Notes: generated from the letters alone by a model not told the origin. 62,949 nt of DNA, filler included, from Nemertoderma westbladi (GCA_032718475.1; 3 parts of 3 records of this genome joined end to end with filler, not necessarily neighbours in it), one strand, 5' to 3'. Numbered from the whole stretch's first letter, positions 20,055 through 34,736 are shown. Program-made: numbers and translations.

Positions 20055-20480
20055 GGTTGTATGTAACTAGCCACACGGCTGCCAGCTAGACCTAACGAGA
20101 TTGAAACCTGCATTCCCTACCTCCTATTACACTATAGAGTCTGTGTTCTTTAGTCTCAGGTAATAGACAGATCTCATTTAATGATTGTCAGTCAATAAGA
20201 TTACCACTGCAGAAGGCTTATATCCAAAATTGTTTATTTCTCAAAATATTATGCTTATTATTTTTTGATGGGATTTCTGTGTATTTTAATTGTCTAAGTT
20301 TTCAGAGGCATTAACAGTATATTAAATAAATTATTTGAATATCATTCATTACTGCATCGACTGTATTTAGTACTGCGTAGATTATATTCCTATAAACCAC
20401 CTGGCTTCGCATATTGAACGTGCGATTGAAAATAAGTTCGTGCTACCTTCCGTGGGTGGTAGATGTCGCGGTTATGTATT

Positions 20481-21288
20481 GGTGGGTGGGAAGGGTGGGG
20501 GGGGGTGGGGTGGGGTGGGGTGGGGTGGGGTGGGGTGGGGTGGGGTGGGGTGGGGTGGGGTGGGGTGGGTGGGGTGGGGTGGGTGGGTGGGGTGGGGTGG
20601 GGTGGGGTGGGGTGGGTGGGGTGGGGTGGGGTGGGGTGGGGTGGGGTGGGGTGGGGTGGGGTGGGGTGGGGTGGGTGGGGTGGGGTGGGGTGGGGTGGGG
20701 TGGGGTGGGGTGGGGTGGGGTGGGGTGGGGTGGGGTGGGGTGGGGTGGGGTGGGGTGGGGTGGGGTGGGGTGGGGTGGGGTGGGGTGGGGTGGGGTGGGG
20801 TGGGTGGGGTGGGGTGGGGTGGGGTGGGGTGGGGTGGGGTGGGGTGGGGTGGGGTGGGGTGGGGTGGGGTGGGTGGGGTGGGGTGGGGTGGGGTGGGTGG
20901 GGTGGGGTGGGGTGGGGTGGGGTGGGGTGGGGTGGGGTGGGGTGGGGTGGGGTGGGGTGGGGTGGGGTGGGGTGGGGTGGGGTGGGGTGGGGTGGGGTGG
21001 GGTGGGGTGGGGTGGGGTGGGGTGGGGTGGGGTGGGGTGGGGTGGGGTGGGGTGGGGTGGGGTGGGGTGGGGTGGGGTGGGGTGGGGTGGGGTGGGGTGG
21101 GGTGGGGTGGGGTGGGGTGGGGTGGGGTGGGGTGGGGTGGGGTGGGGTGGGGTGGGGTGGGGTGGGGTGGGGTGGGGTGGGGTGGGGTGGGGTGGGGTGG
21201 GGTGGGGTGGGGTGGGGTGGGGTGGGGTGGGGTGGGGTGGGGTGGGGTGGGGTGGGGTGGGGTGGGGTGGGGTGGGGTGGGGTGGGGT
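20481..21288 (+). repeat. (GGGGT)n pentanucleotide microsatellite, ~800 bp
   Basis: Directly visible near-perfect tandem array with occasional GGGT units. Confidence 0.98.
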
Positions 21289-23314
21289 GCAGATTTAAAG
21301 GGCTGAACACGTACTGTCCCTCTTTTTTTGATTGATTGGCGGTGTGGTTAAATTTCTAAATTTTACTAATTTATAAAGCTAAATACTGATTTTGTGATAC
21401 AGTCGCTCGATATTAATTTGTATCTCATAACTGGGCCTCGTGCTGCGCGAAGGCCCCACGAACGTGTATTATATGCTATAAATCATTGTGTGGGCGTTCA
21501 TATTTATCAATGTGTCATACGCGACATTTGAAATTTGTTGAATTTATAAGGCACGTATGACGTTACACTTTAAGCCTAAAAAGTGGTCAAAACATAAAGT
21601 TTTCAAAAGCAAGACATATTATACATTTTTATTTCGAAAGATCAGAATTTTCTCTTTTTTTAGCGCTAATCAGAGATAAAGCTAATTAAGACACGACAAA
21701 TTAACAAATAAAATGTGGCAAAATTTTACAAATCTGCATCGCAGACTACAAATCGCAGACAAGTCTACATTTTGTAGTCTTGAACAACTTCCAACACTAC
21801 ATTTGTAGTCTTGTACAACTTCCAAGACTACATTGCAACCTTGGAAATGGCTCAAATTTGCTCATTTCCCACAATATGTTATGAATGGAATGTCACATGG
21901 CCCATAAGAGACAAAAGATGAATGACATGAGCATTATCACGTTTATATTATTATAATTCATTATTATCATTAATTAAGATTTATTATGAGATCCTCAGAT
22001 AATGTGAACGGTGTTAATACGGTAAGGTACTACATATAAAAGTTAAAGATCCATGGTCTTTAATTAAGGTTATTAAGGTATTTCATCATTAAGCTCTACG
22101 TTACGTACCTAACTGTTCATTCACTACACTATTATTGCTTTGCCTAAATCAAATAATTACCGCAAACGGAACCTCTACATAAATTATATGACATAATGAA
22201 ATCAGTATTTAGATCTTCCAATATCCAAACATTCAAAATACTTACATTACAGAATTACGTCTACATTTATATAAAATTAATTACAGAATTACGTCTACAT
22301 TTATACAAAATTAATTAAAAATCAAACTAAATTACATAATTTTGATATTAGGCCTTCAACCGCAGGGCAGGGCAATTAATTAATAGTGCAACCGCAAACA
22401 GGTCTTTGTAGGTCCGCGTAGCGAGACCTTTAGTATTCACTCCGTTGTTAGTGTTGTTGTTGTTGTTAATTTCCAGATAGGTTTTGGTATTAAGGCTTTG
22501 TACGGCCTCAGTAGCTCTAGCTCCAGGCAGAATACCTAAGGACTGTGGTAAATCTAAGGTTGAGAGTAGGCTAGAGCTAAGGTCGCGAGTAGCGTGGAGG
22601 TGAGGAAGGGAGTAGCTTGCTTAGGTGATGGATGGTAGGAAAAACCCGGCTTTCTATTGGCTGTTATAAATAGCTTACATAGTTTTAACTAGCTAGTAGT
22701 TCCCATGGTTGAGGAGATGGGAAATCATGTACTGGGACAGGCTGCTAAGTTATCCCAGCAAAACAACTAAACTTGTAATTAATTATTGATTACAGGCAAG
22801 GATTAGTAAGGAAATTTTAAATTTCATTAAAGGTTTACGTTTAATTAAACGAGTATATATCCGTTAATCGTGTTATATTGACAAATAAATTATATAGCTT
22901 TGTCTATACTTATGAGTAAAATAATCAACTTTCAATAATGTGTCATGAGTTGGTGACTTCAAATGCATCCACGTGTACCGTGTTTTGATACGGGAATTAG
23001 CAAACGGAGGACTGCCATTTATCGGGGCGGGGGGATGGGGGGGATTTCCAGCAATCCCGCAGTCAAGTACGCCCATCATGTACAACACGTGCATGTACTG
23101 TATGTAGTACTGTAGTACATGGTCTTGCTCGTGTGGGTGGACCGAAAACAATGCGCGCGCAGCGAGTAAAATTTAACACAATGCTTTCATAACATGCTTT
23201 TCATGTGTTAATTTATATTGCATGAGCAAATGTGCTGTAGTAACAATAACAATAATATTTTATATTATTTTACTTTATAAATGTTTTTAAAACCCAAATA
23301 ATTGATGGTGGGGG

Positions 23315-23410
23315 TAGGGTTCAACAGAAGGCACTTTATGGTGCCGAACCGAACCGAACCGAAGCAGGGCCAACTTCGGGCCGAACCGAACCGAATCCGA
23401 ACCGAAGTTC
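23315..23410 (+). mobile_element. possible hAT-like transposon end with (CCGAA)n subterminal repeats
   Basis: TAGGGTTCAACAG start followed by clustered CCGAA repeats; the partner end was not found. Confidence 0.35.
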
Positions 23411-24284
23411 AGAAAGTTAGCAAGTTATGGTCATAAATTCGTCTTTACGTCACTATACTGGCTGACTGGCAGTGGCAGACTGGTACCTATTTGGTCTGCG
23501 GACTTAGCAAGAAAGCTATGATTAATTAAAAAAATAAGTACTACAAAATAAAATGACAATATTTACATTACTGTACTGACTGTACAGCATTACTAACCTA
23601 AACTACTGTATACTTACTGCTACTGTATGCACCACATTTTCATCCGTAGTAAGCCGTACAGTAGTGACATCAAATTTAGAAAACCTCACTAAAAGTACAG
23701 GTAGTACTATTTATGACAGTATGAGGTAGTAGGTATATTTCTGTATTTGGTATTATGTATCAAAGTTATGATTAATTAAAAAATAGGTACTACAAAGTAA
23801 AATGGCAATAGGCCTATTTAGCCTAACCTAAACTACTGTATAATTAAGCTAATTTTAAAACTACCCAAGTAAACTGAAAACAATTTAAAAAATAATGCCA
23901 TTTAAATGGAAGTTCAGTCCAAAATTAAGGGTGTAAACGTTAAGCAGACAGTGGTGCAGACTGCACAAATAGATAAAATTAAATTCTCCATTGTTCATAA
24001 TTAGCACTTTAAAGTTTTACTGCCCATGTTTTATTATTTCCCCGCCATCAGGTCTCGAACTAATAACACAGCACCTGACGGTCGACTGAGCTAGAATTTT
24101 GCACTTTCTATCACAAATTTAGGGATAGAAAGTAGTCGAAAGATGCACTTTCTTGCTCTGTTTCCGGACTTTTCAGATAAAAATACTTTTTTTACAGGAA
24201 TGACTTGCAAAAAAAAAATGGCCCGGATTTTCGGCTGGCCCTAAGGCACGTGCCTTATATGCCTTAAGGTTAATCCGGCACTGG

Positions 24285-24810
24285 GTGCAGTGCAGACAGT
24301 GGTGCAGACACCTGGTGCGGACAGTGGTGCAGAATGTGGTGCAGACAGTGGTGCAGCGTGCAGACAGTGGTGCAGGCACTGGTGCAGACACTGGTGCAGA
24401 CAGTGGTGGAGACAGTGGTGCAGATAGCAGACAGTGGTGCAGACAGTGATGCAGACAGTCAGACAGTGGTGCAGCGTGCGTGCAGACAGTGGTTCAGACA
24501 CTGGTGCAGACAGTGGTGCAGACACTGGTGCAGACAGTGGTGCAGACAGTGGTGCGGCAGACACTGGTGCAGACAGTGGTGCAGACAGTGGTGCGGCAGA
24601 CACTGGTGCAGACAGTGGTGCAGACTGGTGCAGAAAGTGGTGCAGACACTGGTGCAGACAGTGGTGCAGACACTGGTGCAGACAGTGGTGCAGACAGTGA
24701 TGCAGACAGTGGTGCAGACTGGTGCAGAAAGTGGTTCAGACACTGGTGCAGACAGTGGTGCAGACACTGGTGCAGACAGTCAGACAGTGGTGCAGACAGT
24801 GCAGACTAAC
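24285..24810 (+). repeat. 12-bp minisatellite (GTGGTGCAGACA and variants)
   Basis: Directly visible tandem array; an isolated unit lies near 23945. Confidence 0.95.
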
Positions 24811-27114
24811 TACAGTAAGGTCTCAGGAATTGTTAGTCCGCGAGTATTCTTAGCCTGCGAGTATTCTTGGCCCTTGGGTATTCTTAGCCTCCAAAACAAT
24901 AACGTTTATTGTTTTGGTTCCCCCAATACTCCTCTGAAACCTGCTCCTTTACTAAACTGCTCCTTTACTAACCTGCAGTCGGTGAGAAGTCCAAAATTGG
25001 ACTTGAGTCCAAAATTGGACTTCGACTCCAGTTCAAGTCCAAAATTGGACTTCTGTGAGTCCAATATTGGACTTCAAATCAGCCAATTGCTCCAGGGCCT
25101 TGGGTAATTGGATCGGGCGGGATTTTTTTTCTTTAATCGAAAATATATCAAAAAATAAGAGTTTTGAACAGGGGGACCTGAAATTCACCAGGGGGAACTT
25201 TTTTTATAAGGCTTTGAATTTTTACAAAAGTCCAATATTGGACTTTAAGTCAAATTTTGGACGTGACATTGAGAATCGAACTTAAAGGTACATGAAGCAT
25301 GACAGATGAGAGACAGCCAGACAGCTGTTAAGTTATGGAAAGTTACCTTTGCAGCTCTGTATGTATCTGCAGTGTAATGACTGTACTGTACTTAGAATAT
25401 AATGGTACATTCTAGCATTCTAGGTACCGGTACTTTGTACTTTACTTTTAGCATATTGTTTAGTTTACAATTTACATTCATGTTACTGTGTTATGTCTAA
25501 CCTTACAGCCTTTGGCCTTATGTACCCAGGACTTTATAGTGTCTTTAGGACTAGATTAGATTATGCTCCAACAAAAATTTAATTACAAATTATATTTGGT
25601 GGATACTGGTAGCACTGCCAGGTTACTGGGTTAGCCAACTGCAGCTGCTGCTAAGGCTAACTACAGTCTGACAGTCTGACAGTACAAGCTACGATTTCGT
25701 CTAAGGCTATGTGCTATGGGAGCCCTATCAGAAAGAAATACTACAAGTTGATGCTACCACCATCCCTTCTAATTTTTCCATACAACAGGGAGGGTATTAT
25801 AAAACGGCTGGATAACAGGATAATGAAATGGGATTAGTAGGCCTAACTGATTAACGTGTTGGGGCGTGGGGGGGGGGGGGGGGGATCGTTAAACTACACA
25901 CATTATCTACTATGGGGGTTACCCCGTGAAATTTCGAAAGTGGCCAAAAGTAATTTACTAATGTGATGGGATAATTATTTATTGGTACAGTTTTGAAAAT
26001 TGTTAACCCTGTAAGAGTAAAATCACAAAAAATATATAAAATTTTGATGAAATTCAAACCACTATCTCTGGCCTGGAAGGAGGTATTGAGATGCGGTTTT
26101 TTCTATGGTTGTTCTCCATTGTTTTATAAATACAATGATAGTGAATTTCAGCACCGGTGCCCAAAGGCATTCCCACAAAATGTAATTAACAAAAAGTAAT
26201 TTGTTGAGCACCGGCGCACAATCCGCAGTTGAGGAACTGCACAGGAATGTTCACCGGTGCACAATCCGCTCCGCACTAACTAAACGCCAAGCCTCAAATC
26301 CTGCCGCAGTCATGGAACAGCACATCGTTGTTCACCGGTGCACAATCCGCAGTAACTAAGAACCAGTGGTTTCGGAGCCGCAGCTAACGTGTTAAACAAT
26401 GTTGTTGAGATTTTGCACATTTAAATCAAACTTATTAAACAATGTAATACTTTGATAAAACTAACGCTTTACATCACCGATCGGTATAACAGTGGACCTA
26501 CACCTCTGCAGTAATATAATACTGTTGGAAAAAGTTTTAATATTCAAAAATTTCGCCCCATAGAAATTTGCTGGATGGGCCATTGCCCTCCCTGCCCCCT
26601 GTCCCCGTACTGATATGGGACTATTAATTGTTGACAAGTTACGCATTTCATATGTAACTTGTCAAGAAAATCTTACAAAATCCAAGAAAAATTTTCAAGT
26701 CTACGTTTTTATGTATTTTGGGATTTACTTTCTCATGTTGTGTATAATTAAATACGTGCTACAATTTTAATATTTAATAAAATAAAAAATAAAATTAGCT
26801 TTCGAACGATACTTGAATGACAGAAATTAGCTCAAAGGTTCAAATTTTACAACTTTGACCAAAATCTTCGACATTTAATTCCTTAAAGTGTTACGTGCCT
26901 TAAATTAACTTTTGAGAATTCGAGATACCGAACAATGGTTAGAAAGAGCGATAATTTTTGCGTACGAAACCGGAAAGTGCACCAAAACCTTAACCGACCT
27001 TATTGAGAGATACAATAGAAAAGCAAATAAGTGAGTATAAATTAATGTCACATATAATAATTTTTTATTACATAGGAAAAGAGTATAACTTTTTTTCACT
27101 ATTCGCGAGGCATT

Positions 27115-27462
27115 TTATTTACGGCGCGTCAGTGAGGTAAAACTCCTCCTGTTTGCTGCGACTTTTAGTCGCTCGCGTTCGACGTCGGTTCTCCACAGCG
27201 TGGAGTCGGTCGAACGCCCAAAACAAGTTCTGACCGAGGTGTCGGACTGATGGGCGACCAGTCTGTGCCCGGCGGTGGCGCCCAATCGCTGCATCACGCT
27301 ACGCAGCTGCAGCTCGAGCGCGTGCGACACGAGTTCGACAACCGAAGCGCCCACCTCGGGACTTTGGGCGGCGATGAGGCGCTGCAAGGCGGCGGCCAGC
27401 CATGGGCCCACCTGCTCGGTCGCCAGGATACTTGCAGACTCAGACAGATTGACCCCGGTCAT
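27115..27462 (-). pseudogene. TAF4-like histone-fold fragment (short gene or pseudogene)
   Basis: MTGVNLSESASILATEQVG...ALQRLI...VVELVSHALELQLRSVMQRLGATAGHRL matches the TAF4 pattern MAGVNLSEESARILAT...VVSYVSHATQQRLQNLVEKI. The region is a GC-rich island with a likely internal frameshift. Confidence 0.7.
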
Positions 27463-28034
27463 GCTGGTCGATATATATATATATATATACCGTATTAAAT
27501 AATAATTTTTGTAATGGATTTCTGCATGAAAATAATAATAACAGCAGTTTGAATTAACAGATTAGGGATAATTGGCCTGACCAACTAACCATACCCATAA
27601 CCAATAAACAAAAATACAAAGTCAACGTATCTGACACAAACTACTTGGACCGGCAGACCCAGACTGCATGACAGGTGCTGAAGTACAATTAAAAGCTTAC
27701 CGGTACCGATTTAAAATGGGAATGCAGGGCTCTATCCTGTTTGGGGTCTCCAGTCTTTTCAGAGTTGCGGTAGGTCTTATACATCTGACCGTTGATTCTC
27801 AATTAAATTTGGTTTTCTATTCTACAACATTCCTAACTCACGTTTATTGTTTTGGTTCCTTTCAACTCGCCTCTGTAACCTGCTCCATTATTAACCTGCC
27901 TGGTTGTGGAGGCCCCAAGCAGGATAATCCTGTTTGGGAGTTTTTTCATAAGTCGAATGCAGGGTAGGTTACCCTAACACTGGGGCTGAGCCTTACAGCC
28001 TTACCATCACAACTCGATAGATCCCAGAACTTAC

Positions 28035-28155
28035 CTAAAATAGGAATAACTACTTGGTCATATATTTCAACTTGGGTAGATTTCGGTCCGTATACTTTAT
28101 CGAACGCATAATGTTTGCAGTCGCCGTGTGTCTGTTTATAATGAGAGTAATCCAC
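28035..28155 (-). CDS. kinesin motor gene (kinesin-5/Eg5-like), coding exon 2
   Basis: ttttcag|GTG acceptor and TTAG|gtaag donor. KHYAFDKVYGPKSTQVEIYDQVVIPIL resembles KIF11 KTYTFDMVFG...QIDVYRSVVCPIL. Confidence 0.8.
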
Positions 28156-28513
28156 CTGAAATATTACCATTGAAGGCTGTTACTGCTGTTAGTGTTAGAT
28201 TACATCTACATATATCTGTATATTGCATTACCCAAAACCAAAAAATCTATACCCAAAAGCAAGAGTTACTATATCCCCAAACCATCGGTCAACATCGTAT
28301 TTCGTAAGATAATGGATCGGCATCGTAGCTTAGACGGTCAGACGGTAGGCAATAGGGGTAGACTCATAAAGTGTATTGTAAAGTGAATGTCATTTAGATA
28401 TTAGCTGATTAGATACGGTGATACGGTAGGCCTAATAATAAATTAAATACAGTGCAGTGCAGCAGTGACCAAATCGAATAGGCTATCCCTACGTCAGTAT
28501 GACTATGACCCAC

Positions 28514-28669
28514 CTGAATATCGTTTTTAGACACACGTATGCAGCTACGGGTGGATTTCTTTTCATCTTCATTTAGTGGACGGCACCTCAATATAACCTG
28601 AATCATTTCTTCTTTTTTAGTCGTCGTTTCTCTTGCCAGGCCAATTACTGGTCCATCGTTATTCGCCAT
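28514..28669 (-). CDS. kinesin motor gene (kinesin-5/Eg5-like), coding exon 1
   Basis: IQVILRCRPLNEDE kinesin beta-1 motif; the CAG|gtgggt donor is in phase with exon 2. Confidence 0.8.
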
Positions 28670-29265
28670 ATTTATTCTGAACTTCGTTATATCGTTTTCT
28701 AATTCGAAAGTTGGGCAGGGGTATTTGCAGATGGCGCTTACCGGTACCGGTTTTATTATCTGATTATAGGTCTATCGGTATCAGTCTATTACTGTATTAA
28801 TTCTGTACCGGGTAATTAGCTTATTACTGTATTACAGTATTAGGGCCTAGCTTATTTAGGTAGCTTGTAGCTACCCCTACCGGTACTGATTTATGTTATT
28901 CTGTTATTAGATTGTTTAGTTTAAGAACCTGAGAACTAGAACAATACAGCCAGATCCTAGTTTCACAGATAACTGTAAGGTAGCAGGTAGTACCTCTACC
29001 TTGTAGCCTACTGCTGTAAAGTGAAGGAAACGGCAGGCCTAGTCTGTCTGTATGTATAGCCTAGAGGCCTAACTTTACTGCATTATTTTTAGGTGTCTGT
29101 TATTCTGTTACCACTTAGGCCTACCAGACAGTACCAGTTCAGTTATCAGATGCCCAGTACAGCCTGACAGCAGTAGGTGTAGGCCTACTGCTGTACAAAA
29201 GTAAGTACCGGTACCGGTACTGGTAGGTATTACTGATCTTCCTAAGTAAACACTGAAATATACTA

Positions 29266-29304
29266 TTTGCGCCCAAATTCAAACTTTTCAATTTTACCGC
29301 CAAC
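29266..29304 (-). promoter_or_regulatory. CDE/CHR- and E2F-like cell-cycle promoter motifs upstream of the kinesin gene
   Basis: Minus strand reads TTGGCGG-taaa-ATTGAA-aag-TTTGAA-TTTGGGCGCAAA. Confidence 0.45.
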
Positions 29305-29555
29305 AACAAAAGGCTTACTGGTATCTGAATTAATTTCTGGTATATAGGCAGATAGGTACCGATTTGCCGTTGTTCTTGTTAAGGTGCTTATTATGACAGT
29401 ATGAGCGAGGATTGATAAATGTGGAACAAGAAGATGAGTATGACTGTATCATCAAATAATAAAATAAAGAAATCGACACAATATTGATTGCTAGGAACGT
29501 GGTTTTATTAAAGAGTATTATTTACTCCAAATTTATTTCCCATGTGATCTTAGTT

Positions 29556-29568
29556 ATTGCCTAGCAAC
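29556..29568 (+). promoter_or_regulatory. RFX X-box upstream of TTLL1
   Basis: ATTGCCTAGCAAC is one mismatch from GTTGCCTAGCAAC; a weaker TTGCTAGGAAC lies near 29488. The site is upstream of a ciliary gene. Confidence 0.5.
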
Positions 29569-30550
29569 TGGAGTGGCAATACTAGATACGCATACCATAC
29601 ACAGTACAGCTCCACCACCAAGACCGGTATTGCGTTTCATTAAATTGTTTATCACATTCATACTTAATATAATAGGCCTAGTACCAGTACGCTAGTAGTA
29701 ATATATTATATACCCCCAAGAAGAATATCATACTGCAGTACTGTAAAATTAAAGTTTATACAGAGTGCGAAGAAGAATTATTGCCAAACGCAAACACAAT
29801 TCTTGTTAACTGCTTAGCAATTTTCATAAATTTGGGTGGCCGGTGGTATTCTACTACATACTACTACTATCGGCATGCTGCATTATTGCAGTCCATTATA
29901 CAGTATATATTAGGCTACATGCTATGCCGGCTTCTCGACAAAATTGCGCCGCCGCAACTCCCTATCACCCATGACATTTGCTAGGCCATCAAGGCATCTT
30001 CAAGGTCAGTGTTCATTAAAACGGCGACTCAAGAAAGTCATGGCCTGCGTCCACCATGCTTATTAACTCCATGACTCAAGAGGCCGCCAAAGCACAAGAT
30101 TATGCACTCCCTGGTCCTCACTCCGAAAGCAATGTCCTGCAAAGCGGAGCCAGCTCCGTTCGAGTGTCAAGCTAGGGGGGGACTAGTGAAACACCTACAA
30201 AGGTTGTCTTCCTTACGTATCCGAAGGTCTTCGGGTGATATGATTAATTGAATTCAATCATCAAATTGGAAAACTAGATTATTGTAATCCTAATATTTAA
30301 TTATTGTGCTTTTTGTTGTCGCTTGTTTGTTGATGTTCTATGTTCAACCTAGTTATTAGGGTTAACACTAAATTTCCTTACATCGTTGTATTTGATGGAA
30401 CTTATTTTAATGTATTAAATACTCCACTCATAAAATTAATAATGCAATACCAGTTAGTACCAGTCTTATAAGTTTTATTATTGTAATAGAACTATACATT
30501 TATAACAATTATTTGTTTTGAAAATGAATACATTTTTCTACACCAATTAA

Positions 30551-31543
<993 letters not shown>

Positions 31544-31739
31544 TGATTTTTCATTATCATTATCACTAGGCCTACTTGTTTTTTTCGTGCCCCAGGGGGC
31601 ACATTCAAAATTACCAAAAATTTTTCTCAATTGTCATATTTGAGTTCTATAAATCGCGATTAGCATTAAAAAAAAGCGTTATATAAAAACAGCAAATAAA
31701 TTAATTTTAGTGAGCCATAAAAAGTGTGGAAGGGGGGAA

Positions 31740-32700
31740 GGGCTACAATTTTGGGAAATTTTAGTGCACTAGTAGCCAATTATGATATTTTTGTTTGCAC
31801 CAAGACTTGGTTAGGTCCACACTCATTACATAACGTAAATATTCAGGGTTTTGACTGTTTTAGTGTATGTAGGGATAGGAAGCACCCCAGGGCTAAAGCT
31901 AAACGAAACGATATACAGTAGTGGAGGATGACTTGCTGTGGTTTCAGAGGAAAGGACACGGGTCTAAAACGGGATATACATAGTATTTTTTGTCCATATG
32001 TTCCGCCTAGTGGGTCTGTGACCCACAGTAACTCTACTGTATGTCTATTTGACAACGTTGAAAAAGGGATTGCTTTAGATGGGGATAATAACCATGTCAT
32101 TTTAATTGCTGATTTGAATGCACGCACTGGCACAGAGCCAGACTATAACCATGGTAACAGTGGTGGTCTAGTAGATTTGCTTCCAGATGACAACATTTCT
32201 GATTTAGATAGTTTTGCACTCTTTAATATTAACCCCTTACGTTTCAACCAGGATACAGTAACAAATACACACGAGGGGTTTGTTATTGTTAGGTTTATGT
32301 AAAAGTATACCGAAATACGAATTTTCAATGGTTGTTTAGGTGCTGATGCTGGGATTGGGAAATGCACATATTATGCTATATTATATTATATTATTATTAC
32401 TACATGTTGAGTAACCTCGATATATTGAGCTTTTGTACTAAATTTGAAGTTGAAAACAAGTATTTTTTCACATCATTGTGTGCTCACTCTAGTGATTTAA
32501 AGTGCAGTTAATGGTAATTTATCGGGTAATTTACCTTATTTTGCCGCGGCTGATATACCACATACGCAAAGATGGCTGCTTCTAGCACGGCTTTCAAAAG
32601 GGCGGTCTGGAAGGAATCGTATACAACAAAGTTTAAACGATATTTAGACACCCCGGCTGCATCTGAGATAATAAATGATATTTACGATTGCGTTTTGGAC
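31740..32700 (+). mobile_element. degenerate LINE endonuclease fragment related to the 50-56 kb LINE
   Basis: YDIFVCTKTW, YVPP and ADLNARTG motifs parallel YDFFLCTETW, YLPP and GDFNARTS at 54200-54625. Confidence 0.7.
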
Positions 32701-32749
32701 CGAAATCCGAAATGAAAGGAAATAATTAGCAACATTTATGTAACTGATA

Positions 32750-33060
32750 TTGGGCTATCTAATCACCCTGCAGTTTTATTTATCATGAATTTTAGAAAAC
32801 CGACCATACCGACAGAATCAATAGCATTTAGAAAAATAAAAAATATGAATATGGAACACTTTATAGATGACTTAGGGAGTTCAACCTTATGTAAATCTCC
32901 ACCACCAGATGTCAGCACATTAGTCGCTAATTATAACTCAACTTTATCCAGAATTTTGGATATTCATTCGCCTCTTATACATAATTATACAGTATGTCTC
33001 TATGCCTTCAGGGGTAGCATGGTACAATGATTCAATTGCGACAGTGAAAAACAAACGCCG
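32750..33060 (+). mobile_element. L2/CR1 ORF2 linker fragment
   Basis: FRKIKNMNMEHFIDDL...LVANYNSTLSRILDIHSPL, typical of the region just after the endonuclease domain. Confidence 0.6.
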
Positions 33061-33220
33061 CCGACAACCATCGTAGCGAAGGGGGAGACCATGTGGCTAT
33101 AGCCACCCCCTTGAAAGAATCTACCAAAAAACCCTCAAATTTCACCTTCAAAATTTAACTTCAGCGGATTAATCCATTGCCTTGAATTTAGATCTCCTTG
33201 TTTCGGTAAGAATCCTGTTA

Positions 33221-34042
33221 GGGGGGAGTAGCACCCCCCTATTTTGGATATTGTCAAAAAACTTTTTTTATTCTACTGTATCAAGTGCCGAATTTAATGG
33301 AGATTTCAAATCTGCAAGCAGTTTTCTCATATATTTTCTCAAACTCAAGTTATTACCCAGAACGTAAGAGCTAGTCTGATTTTTGATAAGCCTTCGAGCA
33401 GCACTATATTTTACAATTGAACGAGGCCTTTTTCATAAAAAAGTTTTACTAGTTATATGTTTAGCAAGCATGAAAAATTTCGTTGATTTCATTCATTTTT
33501 GACAAAGTTATTGTTGAACAAAGAAAAAGGTATTATTTAAAATAGCGGGAAAGTTTGAATTGTTCCTTAAACTTTAAACACCTACTGTACTGTATATCTC
33601 AGAATTACGTTTTTTGAAATAGGCTATTTCTCCGCCAATTTTAACTGATATGAGTTGAAATTTGGTACACTTGTTCAGAATACCTTTGTCCATAATTCCT
33701 CTGAACAAATTTGGCGGGAATTGCCTGGAGCCTTTTTATATCAAAAACGCCATTTTTTGGTCCTTTTTGTTCAAAAAAGGTTCAAAAAGCAAAATTTGTT
33801 CAGAAGTATTGGATGCATGGGTCTTCAGAAATTATGTTCCAAATTTCGACAATAATTTCAAGGCGCAAAAAGGCACTTTTGACCAATACAGAGCCATTTT
33901 TGGGCCAATTTTAAAAATATTTAGTTTGGCTATTCTTAAACAACCCTGACGATGTTTAGTAGTACAAAAAATAATTTCCACCCAATTTTAGGGTCCGTAG
34001 ACAGAAAAATGTGAGGTTCAATTTGGGGGTGCTACTCCCCCC
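33221..34042. mobile_element. non-autonomous DNA transposon (MITE), PIF/Harbinger-like
   Basis: 18-bp TIR GGGGGGAGTAGCACCCCC at both ends with TTA on both flanks. Confidence 0.75.
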
Positions 34043-34736
34043 TTAAAAAGACAGGGGCTAGGCCATCTCTACTAGTTTCTTTATGGAGAGTACTGTTGTG
34101 CGGGGACCGCACTGGAAATCACCCATCAGAGAGTGCGTAATCCGGATAAATAGCAAAGAAAAATATACTGTCCCAGTCGGTTCGCATCCGTGATTCATAT
34201 TCTAGCTACAGGAACGTGTTTTAACGCCTCCTGATTTCGCATTGGGCATTCGATGGAGGTTTGTTGAACTGCATTTATTCCGTGAATCCATCCTTTGAGA
34301 TAATTCATACAGATAAGGTGTGGGGGAAATATTTGTTACTGCAAATCTTTGCTCCCATATCCTATCCTGTAATATTAGGCCTACTCCAGATGACCATGGA
34401 ATATATTTTATACAGTATATAATTATCATATCAACTTTTTGGGGGGCCCCAAAAGTGAACACTTTTTGTTTCTTTCACTAAAACTACGGTTTCAGGATGA
34501 TGGCTAATTCTAACCAAAACAATAAACGAATAAGTATCAATAAGTAAAAAAAAATGATATTATATTACTGGGGGATTATTATTATATAATTAAATTATAT
34601 AATTAATTTTGTGCTTACCAATAGGAGTTGTGATTATACAATATTTAAGTATTATAAAATACTTATTCTATTACGTACTTCAATAACTGAAATGAAAAAT
34701 CATTTTACTCAAGGTATTTAAATTTGGACATACTGA

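Noticed and set aside
20390-21335. Long PTPPH / GWGGV ORFs on both strands
   Set aside because: Translation artefacts of the stop-free (GGGGT)n array.
24173-25107. Overlapping repetitive ORFs (VVQT, GADS, CRQW)
   Set aside because: Products of the 12-bp minisatellite; no coding evidence.
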